A DNA stretch of 64,000 nucleotides, from NCBI GenBank assembly GCA_964565865.1, contig CAZMGM010000004.1, forward strand, positions 1,050-65,049. The letters are read 5' to 3'. Made by a program: the position numbers and the translations under genes. This document shows, piece after piece, positions 35,520 to 45,187 of this stretch (its first letter is position 1; each line of letters starts with the position of its first letter). A model generated the notes under the pieces. It was not told the DNA's origin. It saw nothing but the letters and a program-made list of their open reading frames with translations, and did no database searches. The stretch is from an uncultured Acidobacteriota bacterium (GTDB taxonomy: Bacteria; Acidobacteriota; UBA6911; RPQK01; CBDAPI01).

Positions 35520-36470
35520 CTAACCGACTATGTTGCGGGGCGTCCCGGCGAAAAAAGCTCGAATATTTTCTCCGGTTTCATCCACTAACTTCTGTCGCGC
35601 CTGGCGGGCTGACCAGGCGCAGTGAGGCGTAATGATCATGTTTTTTGCGTCTAGAAGGACATTACCGTCAACTGGAGGTTCGATAGTAAGAACGTCGAAT
35701 CCTGCCCCGGCAATTCGACCGCTGTTCAGGGCGGCAGCCAGGGCCTGCTCGTCCACGATCCCGCCCCGTGCCGTATTGATAATCATGGCCGTTGGCTTCA
35801 TCCTGCTCAAGGCATCCGCATCGATCAAGTTGCGAGTATGATCGGTCAGGGGGCTGTGCACGGTCACAAAGTCGGACTCCCGAAAAATGGTTCTAAGATC
35901 GGTGTTGGTGTAGTCGGACCCTCGAATCTCAATGATGTCGTAGGCCAGTACCCTCATACCGAAGCCCTCAGCAATCCGCGCCACTCCCCGCCCAATGGTC
36001 CCAAAGCCAATGATTCCAATGGTCAGGCCCGAGAGCTCGAATGCCGGGTACTTCAACAGGTTGAACGAGGCGGCTCTGGCCCACTCCCCCGCCATGACAT
36101 CGGCATGATAGAGATGAGCTTTGGTGGCCAGGTTGAGAATCAGAGCAAAGGTGTGCTGGGGGACCGTGTTGGAGGCATATCCGGCTACATTGCAGACCGC
36201 AACTCCCTTTTCCCTGGCAGCTTCCAAATCGACGTTGTCGTATCCCGTTGCGATTTCAGCGATTAGCCGGAGTGAATCCAAGGACTCGATCACCTTTGAG
36301 GTGATCAGAACCTTGTTGGGAATCACCACCTCGGCACCGGAGGCTCTTTCGACGACCTCGTCCTCGGACGAGTGGGCGTAACCAACATAGTCTCCCAGTC
36401 CTTCAAAGACGGAGAAGTCAATGTCGTTTTTGAGACTGATAGTCGATTCGTCCGGAAAAACGATCTTCAT
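35520..36470 (-). CDS. D-isomer-specific 2-hydroxyacid dehydrogenase (glycerate/phosphoglycerate-DH-like)
   Basis: MKIVFPD… start at ATG 36470 with an AGGGAA RBS; GIIGFGTIGRGVARIAEGFGMRV NAD motif; catalytic R/E/H. Confidence 0.8.
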   Translation of the reverse strand: MKIVFPDESTISLKNDIDFSVFEGLGDYVGYAHSSEDEVVERASGAEVVIPNKVLITSKVIESLDSLRLIAEIATGYDNVDLEAAREKGVAVCNVAGYASNTVPQHTFALILNLATKAHLYHADVMAGEWARAASFNLLKYPAFELSGLTIGIIGFGTIGRGVARIAEGFGMRVLAYDIIEIRGSDYTNTDLRTIFRESDFVTVHSPLTDHTRNLIDADALSRMKPTAMIINTARGGIVDEQALAAALNSGRIAGAGFDVLTIEPPVDGNVLLDAKNMIITPHCAWSARQARQKLVDETGENIRAFFAGTPRNIVG

Positions 36471-36699
36471 TTCCCTGAGCCCCTTTATATACTCTCTTAT
36501 CCTCGCAGATACGGAAAAGCTTACAGCATTTGAATCATTCCACAAGGGCAGGGCCCCAGAATTTGATCACCACAGCCACAGAAATACGGTGATTTGCCGG
36601 TTCTGGCAGCCCATCGACTGCGGGCTCCTCAGGAATCCGACCAGATCTCTGTCTCAAAGGACAGGGGTTCTGCCTTATTGAATCGCCAGGCCTCCTCTT

Positions 36700-37110
36700 A
36701 CAGGTCAGCCTTCAGACAAAGGTTGCCAAGAAACCCCTCAACGTCCGCACCCGTACAGTACGACCACCTGGGGTAGCAGAAGTCCTTTCCTTTTCTTTCT
36801 GTATGATCATAAGGTCATGCTTCCCGATGCGGATCTGCTGGGTCAAAGATATGTGAGGGCGTTGATCTCGATACGGAGATCCGGAAGTTCTGCGATGGTC
36901 ACCGCCGGAAAACGTGGATCGCGAGTGGCCGCGGAGATTGCCATGCCAGTCACCGATTTGATGAAAGGCTGACGAAAGCTCCTTGCTGCTTCAAGTAGAG
37001 ACTGCGACTTGGTATCCCAAGCCGGGAGCTCGCCGATGGTCAGGTACGCCGTAATCAATGTTCGGGCCAGGCAAAGCAGCTCGTCACTCTGACATTCTCG
37101 TTCTCAAGCT
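36700..37110 (-). pseudogene. AMMECR1-domain gene remnant (frameshifted and truncated)
   Basis: The 36843-37058 frame reads …MAISAATRDPRFPAVTIAELPDLRIEINALTYL* (AMMECR1 DPRFPP…IEISVLT block) with the RGCIG motif degenerate; the homologous continuation (…RIGKHDLMII…) lies in another frame. Confidence 0.35.
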
Positions 37111-37369
37111 ATTCGACTATTCAAGTCTGATAGGGAGCGGTAATCAACCTGGCCTTCACCGTCCAGGCAAAATACGCGTCGAAGTTGGGGCGGACTGACA
37201 CCCGCTCCTTCCCGGCTGGCGCCACAGCAGACTCTGATCCTCTCGACAACTGCGTCCGGAAGAGGGGTTGCCGGTTAACAGTTGTTGGTGGAAGATCGCA
37301 CGTTTGTGGAACCTGAAATAGGGGAGGCATGGCCTTGGGTGACAGTTCTTCCCTGTAAACTAAATTACC

Positions 37370-38644
37370 ATGTCCAGGGGTGACTGTGTTCAGACGGCCT
37401 TTCTTTGCGGGCGGGCATCTGGGAGGGCCTTGCTTTCAATTGCCCTTGGAGTGGGCTTGATGACGCTCCATTCCAGCAGGCTGGTTGGCAAGGATCAGCC
37501 ATCTCTGAACATCCGGGATCTCTACAGCCCGATGAATAAGAAAAGACCTGTACGTCCCTTTACGAAGTACATCGTCCTGCATACGACCGAAGGTCGGGAA
37601 GAGGGCTCCCTCAAGAAGATTCGCCGCCTGGGCGAAGCCCACTATTTCGTGGGTCTGAACGGAAGGATCTATCGGATCATCCACCGGACCAGAATCGCGA
37701 CTCATGCGGGAAGGAGCTACTGGGACGGCCAGAAGGGCATCGACGCCCACTCGATCGGCATCGAAATCGCAGGCTATCATAATCGCGACATCACCTCACA
37801 ACAGTATTCCGCTCTGGCGGAGCTCCTGCGCCAGCTGCGTTCACTCTACGACGTTCCCGATGATCGCATTCTGACCCATTCCATGGTCGCTTACGGTAGT
37901 CCCAACCGCTTTCACCGCTACTACCATCGGGGACGCAAGCGTTGCGCGATGATCTTCGCCAAGCCGAACGTTCGAGAGCGGCTGGGAATTCCAGGCAAAC
38001 CCCTCGAAGATCCTGAAGTCAAGGCCAGACGGCTTCGCGTTGCCGACCCGGAGCTGCACCGTTTTCTGTACGCAACGATGCCGGAAAGACAACCGATTCA
38101 TTCCAATGTGATCGCCCGAGGATGGTCTGCCTGGACCATCGCCCGAGAGGAATATGACAGCCCTGGGACGCTTTACCACTTTCCCGACGGCAAGACCCTG
38201 CGGGGGGATGAAATCAGGAACTGGGACCAGATTCCGCCCGGTACCCGAGTGAAGCTCGGACAACCGGCCCCCAGTGTCGAATTCGAAGGATTCGTGGAAG
38301 TCAGAGATCAGGCCAGGGGTGCCCTAGACATCGTAGGCGATGTCTTTGCCGAAGATACGACGATCTATTTCCTTCCCAGTGGCTCGGTTCTCACGGGCGA
38401 GCAGATTCAGGGGGATTCCGAAAGTAGGTCGCTCCTGGCGAGTTTGCCTCCGGGGACCCGAATCCTGGTCGGCTATGTGTACGGGGGGCATATTACCCGC
38501 GGTCGGTTGCCCCGTCAGATCGCCGGGGCCAAATGGAATTATCCCTCGACTTTTTATCGGCTACCGGATGGACGAATCTTAAGTGGTGAGGAAATTGACC
38601 AGCACCGGATCCCACACAATACGTTGGTCTTCTATCAGAGCTGA
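37370..38644 (+). CDS. N-acetylmuramoyl-L-alanine amidase (Amidase_2/PGRP domain) with three C-terminal repeats, secreted
   Basis: …YIVLHTTEG…HAGRSYWDG…IGIEIAG…LTHSMVA zinc-amidase motifs; signal peptide; C-terminal triple repeat Y[HR]FPDG[KR]xLxG[DE]EI…PxxTxV. Confidence 0.8.
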   Translation: MSRGDCVQTAFLCGRASGRALLSIALGVGLMTLHSSRLVGKDQPSLNIRDLYSPMNKKRPVRPFTKYIVLHTTEGREEGSLKKIRRLGEAHYFVGLNGRIYRIIHRTRIATHAGRSYWDGQKGIDAHSIGIEIAGYHNRDITSQQYSALAELLRQLRSLYDVPDDRILTHSMVAYGSPNRFHRYYHRGRKRCAMIFAKPNVRERLGIPGKPLEDPEVKARRLRVADPELHRFLYATMPERQPIHSNVIARGWSAWTIAREEYDSPGTLYHFPDGKTLRGDEIRNWDQIPPGTRVKLGQPAPSVEFEGFVEVRDQARGALDIVGDVFAEDTTIYFLPSGSVLTGEQIQGDSESRSLLASLPPGTRILVGYVYGGHITRGRLPRQIAGAKWNYPSTFYRLPDGRILSGEEIDQHRIPHNTLVFYQS

Positions 38645-38944
38645 GCGCTATCAGTCCCGCCTCCAAACCGTGCCGTTGACAAGGATTGTAGGGGCGACCC
38701 TGTTGGTTGCCGGGTACCAGTTGAATGTTGCAATTTGTGGAACGTGAAAGGAAGAACGCGAAACTTCGAGGGAGGCCTCCGATCGCACAATCCAGTCAGG
38801 GGCCGAAAGTACAAAGTGCCTTGAACCTTGAAATCACAGCCCGGCGAAACCACCTTGCATGGGTCGGGTTGTCAGCAAGGGGTGGCGTGGTCTAACCTGA
38901 GTTTGGTCTCAAGGGAGCAAAAAGGGGAAAAGCGGAGGTGAAAT

Positions 38945-39451
38945 GTGCCCAAAGCCGTGTTCCTCTTTCGCCATGGAAAATCCGACTGGAACGCGGCCTC
39001 TCCGCGTGATCATGAGAGACCGGTAGCACCGCGCGGCACTAAAGCCGCCCGGTTGATGGGGCAGTTCCTCCGCGACACCGACCAAATCCCAGACCTGGTC
39101 ATTACATCTTCGGCCCTGCGGGCCCGTTCTACAGCCGAGTCGGCGATGACGGCGGGAAGATGGGCTTCACGGCTGAGTGTGGAGCCCCGGCTCTACGGGG
39201 CCCACGCCTCGACGATCCTGGAGCTGGCGCAGGCCCTTCCCGATGGCCTGGCAACCGTTCTTTTTGCAGGTCACGAGCCGACCTGCTCGGCGGCACTCGG
39301 TCTCCTGACAGGACACGTGAGTGTGCGTTTTCCCACGGCAGCCATGGCCCGCGTTAATTTTGAGGGGGATTCCTGGAAACAGGTTCGGGCCGGAAAAGGA
39401 TGCCTGATCTGGCTGTTGCCCCCCCGCCTCCTGAAGCGGGTTGCCGGTTGA
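38945..39451 (+). CDS. sixA: histidine phosphatase family protein (SixA-like phosphohistidine phosphatase)
   Basis: GTG start with GGAGGT RBS; FLFRHGKS (RHG motif) and a second conserved His (AGHEP). Confidence 0.75.
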   Translation: MPKAVFLFRHGKSDWNAASPRDHERPVAPRGTKAARLMGQFLRDTDQIPDLVITSSALRARSTAESAMTAGRWASRLSVEPRLYGAHASTILELAQALPDGLATVLFAGHEPTCSAALGLLTGHVSVRFPTAAMARVNFEGDSWKQVRAGKGCLIWLLPPRLLKRVAG

Positions 39452-39994
39452 AAATGCGTGGAACCTGCAAGGTCGAACCGCACGCACATCGGAGCCAGGT
39501 GGTGAAGCGACCGGATGGAAAGGTTTTTAGGTGACATCCAGAGCCTTCCTCGAGTTTGCGTCGAGAGCTCTAATTCCCCATACAAAACCAGAAACAAGAA
39601 ACCAGTAACAGCCGGGCACCAGACCTAACGGGCACGTTACAATCTATTGTTGCAAATAGGGAACCGGGCTCCTCTGAATTCACAGGAAGTGAGGAGCTTT
39701 CACCTGATACTCACCCAGCTGGATGAATTCCGGAATCAACTCCTGAAACCTACCCGCCTCGTCCATGACCAGTTCCAGCCGTCCCTAGATAGTGGCTGCG
39801 CCGCCCGTCACCCAAAGGGCACCAGGAGTTTGCTCCCGCTGGCTGCGTTTCTCGTCGTTGTAAATGACCAAGCATTGACTGCTTCCTCCTGCCTTGCCAG
39901 CGAAAACAGTGGCCCTGGCGTGCAACCTCGTTCTACTTTTACCACGGACTTCTAGAGCAGAGAGATGCACGGAATCGGAGAGGTTGTAAAACCC

Positions 39995-42070
39995 TTACTC
40001 GATGAGTTGAAGTTCTACCAGGCCTGCCTTCTCCAGGTCGCGGATGTAATGGTCTATGGCCCGCAGAGGCACCGGCTGAGTGGCGGATGAGAGCGTGTTT
40101 CGGATCTCCAGAATGGAGCGCTGGCCATCGATCAGGTTGACCAGAAAATAGAAATACAGCCGGGACAACTCTGTCGTTGAATACCAGAAACGGTCTTCTT
40201 CTCTCAACAGTAGTTCCGGGACGCCCTCGGCCAGCGGCCCCCGGGTCAATCGCCTTGGAATAACTTTGGAAGCTTGCCGTTCGGGCTCGCTGAGGATCGT
40301 TGGTATGGGAAGTCGGCCCGCCCGCTGATAAAAAATGGCGTGCAGGGTTCGCCTTTGTAGTTCAGCCTGACCTTCTAGGCTCTGTGTCCAGGTATCGACC
40401 AGGCGCCGGGTCAATTCGAAAGGAGCAAAATCAAGGACGCTCTTGAGCGCCATGGTTTCACGCTCGAGTGCAAAGTCAATCACTCGCTTAGCGTCATGAT
40501 AGTTCACTTCCAGGACTTCGATGGGTGATTGGAGAATCCAGGAGACCGCCTTTCGGGTGTCTTGAATCAATCGTGCCTGTGCATTTGCCGCCACCAGGTT
40601 CGTCAGGTCCAGGCTTTGATCGGGTGTGAGAGTAGCCAGAGTCCAGAACACCGAGGTCGCAATTAGTTCCGCTCTCTCCAGCTCTACAGGGTCGACTTTG
40701 TCGGGCGTATCTTCAGTTGTGTGACGTGTGTAGTCGGGCCAGTGCCCGATCATCATGGCGGGCACTGCTACCGCGCCGTCGTTGAACACGACATGGTCAC
40801 TCCCCCCACTGAATGCAGTGATTCGGTAGTTGAAGTTGCTGGAGCTGCCACCTGGGTTGGCAATCCCCTGCCTGTCGACCCGCTCAGCGACCAGAGCAGT
40901 CAAATCTGCCAATACACTGCTAATGGTGGGCGGAGTCCATGTGATGTTCATCCTGGTGTGCAAAAGGTCCAGATTCTCGCCGACCATGTCGAGGTTGAGA
41001 TTGGCCAGTACCCGCCCTCCCAGGCTGGGACCCTTCAGTTCGGGATGGGAGTCGAGATAGGCCATGGTCCCATAAAGTCCCGGCACCCAGAGAAAACGGA
41101 TGGTTCTTTTGGGACCTGGGAGCTTTCCGAGCTTGATCAGATCATCCAGGGCGCGGGCCATGTCAAGCAGGGCCGCACTTCCACTGGCATTGTCATTGGC
41201 GGATTCCTTCGGATGATCCAGATGGGCCGTAAACACCAGTTCCTGACTTGAATTCTCACTCCCTGGGATCAACGCAACAATGACATCCATTCTCCAAGGC
41301 TCCAGACCTCGGCCTACTACTCTCCCGTCCAGAACTACCCGTTTGTCCTCCTGCAGGAGGCTCTTGAGCGCGCGACCCTGACGGTTGCTGATGTTGAATC
41401 CAAACGTCACATTGGGAATTTCCTCTGTCCTTGGCCACATTCCGGTGGATCCGATCATGTCCGGGTGCTCCGTTGCCCGGAAGTCATCGAGGTAACACAC
41501 CACAGCAGCGGCGCCATACTTGAGAACGGCAAAGCGATGGACCTCACCTCCATCGCCTGTTGCAAGAACGATTTTCCCTCTCACATCCTTACCTCTGTAA
41601 TCCGAATCTGAAGTGCCCGTACCCACATCCACCAGTTCTGCGCGGGCTTGGCCGGCATTCGAGTAGGTGATCACACTCATTCCAATCTCGGGATACCGGA
41701 CCAGGAGTTCGTCCTGCGGTTCGATCATGCGCAGCTCTGCCGATTCAATATCCCAACCGGATGGAGACTGCCAGGTCTGATAAACGACCCTTCCGTCAGA
41801 GGGGAAGCTCTCGATCCAGGCCTGCTCTTTCTGGAAGCCGAACTCTCGAAGCATACTCAAAACGTATTGGGCGGCATCTGAATACCCTCGAGACCCCAGG
41901 ATTCGGTGGTGGCGAGTGATTTCAATAACGTGATCTTTGGCCAGCTGGCCAGACAACTCATCGCGTAGAAGTTCGAAGACTTCGCTTGAAGGAAGCTGAA
42001 GGGGCGGTTCGGCCACCAGGGTGGTAGGTAGGCGCAGGGCCAGGGACGCTGCGAGAATTCCCCACTTCAT
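39995..42070 (-). CDS. M28-family zinc peptidase with PA-like insert and a roughly 230-aa C-terminal extension
   Basis: Signal peptide from ATG 42070; …FTAHLDHPKESANDNASGSAALLDMARAL… M28 metal-ligand block; C-terminal region of unknown function. Confidence 0.75.
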   Translation of the reverse strand: MKWGILAASLALRLPTTLVAEPPLQLPSSEVFELLRDELSGQLAKDHVIEITRHHRILGSRGYSDAAQYVLSMLREFGFQKEQAWIESFPSDGRVVYQTWQSPSGWDIESAELRMIEPQDELLVRYPEIGMSVITYSNAGQARAELVDVGTGTSDSDYRGKDVRGKIVLATGDGGEVHRFAVLKYGAAAVVCYLDDFRATEHPDMIGSTGMWPRTEEIPNVTFGFNISNRQGRALKSLLQEDKRVVLDGRVVGRGLEPWRMDVIVALIPGSENSSQELVFTAHLDHPKESANDNASGSAALLDMARALDDLIKLGKLPGPKRTIRFLWVPGLYGTMAYLDSHPELKGPSLGGRVLANLNLDMVGENLDLLHTRMNITWTPPTISSVLADLTALVAERVDRQGIANPGGSSSNFNYRITAFSGGSDHVVFNDGAVAVPAMMIGHWPDYTRHTTEDTPDKVDPVELERAELIATSVFWTLATLTPDQSLDLTNLVAANAQARLIQDTRKAVSWILQSPIEVLEVNYHDAKRVIDFALERETMALKSVLDFAPFELTRRLVDTWTQSLEGQAELQRRTLHAIFYQRAGRLPIPTILSEPERQASKVIPRRLTRGPLAEGVPELLLREEDRFWYSTTELSRLYFYFLVNLIDGQRSILEIRNTLSSATQPVPLRAIDHYIRDLEKAGLVELQLIE

Positions 42071-42297
42071 CTGTGCGATCAAGCTCCGCGATCTCCTCGA
42101 CATCCTACCTACTATGCCTGAGCCAACTGTATCTTTCATCTCGTAGAGTCAAGTTTCGAACGGACTGGATTTGCTTGGGACCACCAGGGGTTCTCAGCTC
42201 GGGCTGAGCGGTTGCCCCTTTTTTTGGAGAGTATGATGTCGAAGGACACACATGAACAATTGAACGCAGACTACAAGGAGGTGTCCTCCAAACGGGC

Positions 42298-43878
42298 CTA
42301 TGCCGTGAGGCGTTCTTCGCCTAGGAAGACCAGCTTGAAGAGAATTGAGTCCCCAATTGCTCTCCAGCTCGCCTCAATCACGTTGTGTGAGACACCGACC
42401 GTCGACCAGGATTCATCCCCGTCGGTCGACTCGATCAGCACCCTCACCCTTGCGGCCGTGCCGTCTTTGGCGTCCAGAACCCGGACCTTGTAATCGGTCA
42501 GGCGAATGCTCTCCACTTCGGGAAAGAATCGGGCGACGGCTTTTTTTATGGCGCGATCCAGCGCATGGATCGGCCCGTTCCCATCGGCCGCAGTATGTTC
42601 CTCCGATCCGTCTACCGAGACCTTGACGGTCGCCTCACTCAGGAACTCTCCCGAGACCTGGTCAATAAAGATGCGGAATCCGGTGAATTCGAAGGGGTCA
42701 GCTTCGTGCTCTCCAAACTCCCGAACCAGCAGCTTCAAGCTCGCATCCGCTCCCTCGAATTGAGAGCCCTCGAACTCGAGCTCCTTGATTCGGGCGAGTA
42801 GCGCAGTCAAGTCAATCGATTCCGGCTCGAGGCCGAGTTCCCTCAGTTTGTAATTCAAGCTGCTCCTGCCGGACAGATCGGAGATGAGAACCTGGCGGTC
42901 GTTGCCAACCGTCTGTGGATCGATGTGCTCGTAGGTTCGTGTATCCTTTACCAGAGCATTCACATGGATTCCCCCCTTGTGGGCGAAGGCGCTGTTGCCG
43001 GCAAAGGGAAGGTTGTGAGGAACTGCTATGTTTGCGATTTCGCCAACAAAATGAGACATGGGTGTCAACTGCCGGAGTGCCTCCTCTCCCACACAATGGC
43101 GTTCTGCCATTTTCAGATCGATCACGGGAATGATCGATGTGAGATTGGCGTTTCCAGTGCGCTCGCCTAGACCGTTGATGGTGCCCTGTACCATGACGGC
43201 ACCTGCTTCTATCGCGGCAATTGTACCGGCCACACCCAGCTCACAATCGTTATGGGCGTGGATACCGACCCGGTCGAAACGAGAGACCACTTTGCGGGTT
43301 ACTTCATGGATCAGGGAGGGAAGGGAGCCTCCCCTCGTGTCGCACAGAACAATCCAGTCTGCTCCGGACTCCTGCGCCACGGACAGGACACGCAGAGCAT
43401 ATTCGGGATTGTGGCGGTAGCCGTCGAAGAAGTGTTCGGCGTCGAAGACAACTTCTTTCCCTTCAGCCTTCACATAGGAAAGGCTCTCTCGAATCAGGAC
43501 AAAATTCTCTTCCAGGGAGATTCCAAGAGCCTTCTTGACGTGGAAGTCCCAGCTTTTGGCCACGATGGTGAGAACGGGTGTTTGGGCCTCGAGTAAGGCT
43601 TTTAGATTAGGGTCCTTGTCCACCCGGTTCTTGTAGTGCCGGGTCGATCCGAAAGCACAGACCTTGCTCTTTTTCCACTCCAGAGAGGCTGCTTCTCTAA
43701 AGAATCCGACATCAGTCGGGTTTGATCCCGGCCACCCGCCCTCGATAAAGTCAACTCCAAAGTCGTCAAGGCGCTGAGCTATTCTAATTTTGTCGGCGAC
43801 GCTGAGAGAGATCTCCCCCCCCTGCGTTCCATCCCGAAGCGTACAATCGTAAACAAACACCTGCTCTGACACAATCAT
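42298..43878 (-). CDS. cimA: (R)-citramalate synthase / 2-isopropylmalate-synthase family (CimA-type, LeuA_dimer C-terminal)
   Basis: AAGGAG RBS before ATG 43878; VFVYDCTLRDGTQG…FIEGGWPGSNPTD (the GWPG(A/S)NP block is typical of CimA), HMGL-like barrel + LeuA dimer domain. Confidence 0.75.
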   Translation of the reverse strand: MIVSEQVFVYDCTLRDGTQGGEISLSVADKIRIAQRLDDFGVDFIEGGWPGSNPTDVGFFREAASLEWKKSKVCAFGSTRHYKNRVDKDPNLKALLEAQTPVLTIVAKSWDFHVKKALGISLEENFVLIRESLSYVKAEGKEVVFDAEHFFDGYRHNPEYALRVLSVAQESGADWIVLCDTRGGSLPSLIHEVTRKVVSRFDRVGIHAHNDCELGVAGTIAAIEAGAVMVQGTINGLGERTGNANLTSIIPVIDLKMAERHCVGEEALRQLTPMSHFVGEIANIAVPHNLPFAGNSAFAHKGGIHVNALVKDTRTYEHIDPQTVGNDRQVLISDLSGRSSLNYKLRELGLEPESIDLTALLARIKELEFEGSQFEGADASLKLLVREFGEHEADPFEFTGFRIFIDQVSGEFLSEATVKVSVDGSEEHTAADGNGPIHALDRAIKKAVARFFPEVESIRLTDYKVRVLDAKDGTAARVRVLIESTDGDESWSTVGVSHNVIEASWRAIGDSILFKLVFLGEERLTA

Positions 43879-44576
43879 CTCCTTGTGGCTGGTCGAAAGC
43901 CGAATCTGGCCTGCAACAAAAATAGCGAAGAAAAAGAAGTTCGTTGCAGGGACTCGGTCAGGGACGACCAGTCTGCCCTCCACTACGAATGGGAGGTAAT
44001 AACCTTAATATTACAGATGCATCTGGAAGACCGGCTTATTTCCCCAACTGAAAATTTCCGGTTCGATATTGCCTGCATTTTCAAATCAATTGTGGGGTTT
44101 TCCCTGACGGTGAGTCAACAGGAAAAAGGGGCACCCTTACGTGAGAATCTCACTTGAGCTCAGCTTTTTAATCCCACTGTGTAACGTTGTGCAACAGCTT
44201 GTGACAAAAAGAATCGCCAAAAGGTGATCAGGCGAACTGTAACTTAGGGACATGACTGGCAAGCTTTCTAAGGACAATAAGAGAATCCTGAGTGGGGGTA
44301 GGTCCCTTCCCCACAGCATTATGAACCGAGCCGGAAAGATCTATCCGGGCACACCTCTGAAGGTCAAGACGCGGACGGAGCTTCTGCCTTCCATAACACC
44401 CGTCTATTGAAAACATCTGCGGGCTGACTGCGGTGACCTGCCCCAGGGCTTTTAGCCGGGATTGGTCGGCAAGGACAGGAGCCCGGTAGGCTTATCAGTC
44501 GGAGCTTGAATCCAAATGCCCACAAGAATTCCAGATTCCAGACTTTCAGCATCACGTGGACGTTTGTTTCCAGAAC

Positions 44577-44966
44577 CTAGCACCCTGTATGGGGAGCCGA
44601 CCCTCTCAGGTAGGCATCTTCCCCCTTAACCCAGTCCTCCCGCGGGGGACTAAACAGATCCAGCACAACTGAATCTTCGAGAGCCTCCACCTTGTGAGGT
44701 AGATGGGCCGGCAACAGCAGAGTCTCCTCGACTCCCACCACGATTGCCTCTCCCTCCTCTGCACCGATCCAGAACTTCAGGGCTCCTTCCAGAATGTAGC
44801 TCAACTGCTCATTGTGATGGCTGTGTAATGGAACGACGGCACCACGAGCCATACGGAGTTGAGCCAGCATGATCGATTCGCCATGGACGAATCTGCGCCG
44901 TATGAGTTTTCCCAGTTTCTCAAAGGGCATTTCCTCCCACTTCAAGTGTCGAGAACTGTTCATCAT
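44577..44966 (-). CDS. cupin-domain protein
   Basis: …VVPLHSHHNEQLSYILEG… two-His cupin motif; 129 aa. Confidence 0.7.
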   Translation of the reverse strand: MMNSSRHLKWEEMPFEKLGKLIRRRFVHGESIMLAQLRMARGAVVPLHSHHNEQLSYILEGALKFWIGAEEGEAIVVGVEETLLLPAHLPHKVEALEDSVVLDLFSPPREDWVKGEDAYLRGSAPHTGC

Positions 44967-45187
44967 TCGCGTATCTTCCTCCTAGGAAACTGCCGACAGA
45001 CTCACAATTCCTATGTCTCTCCCTCCGGGACGCGCGCACAATCGGCCTGTCAATTCTTGAGCCAGAAAAGGGGCTACATTGGCCTTTCGAATTGTTCTGG
45101 GGTATAGCATCTTAGGATGGAGCGCTGGAGCAGGGTAATGAACGCTCAAAAAGTGGGTCCAGCCTCCACGACTTCCGCATCGACTAC

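Noticed and set aside
39452-39994. plus ORF 39647-39955 and minus ORF 39785-39970 in the convergent gap between sixA and the M28 peptidase
   Set aside because: There is no RBS, no homology and a low-complexity composition. The gap is more likely a terminator/3'-UTR region.
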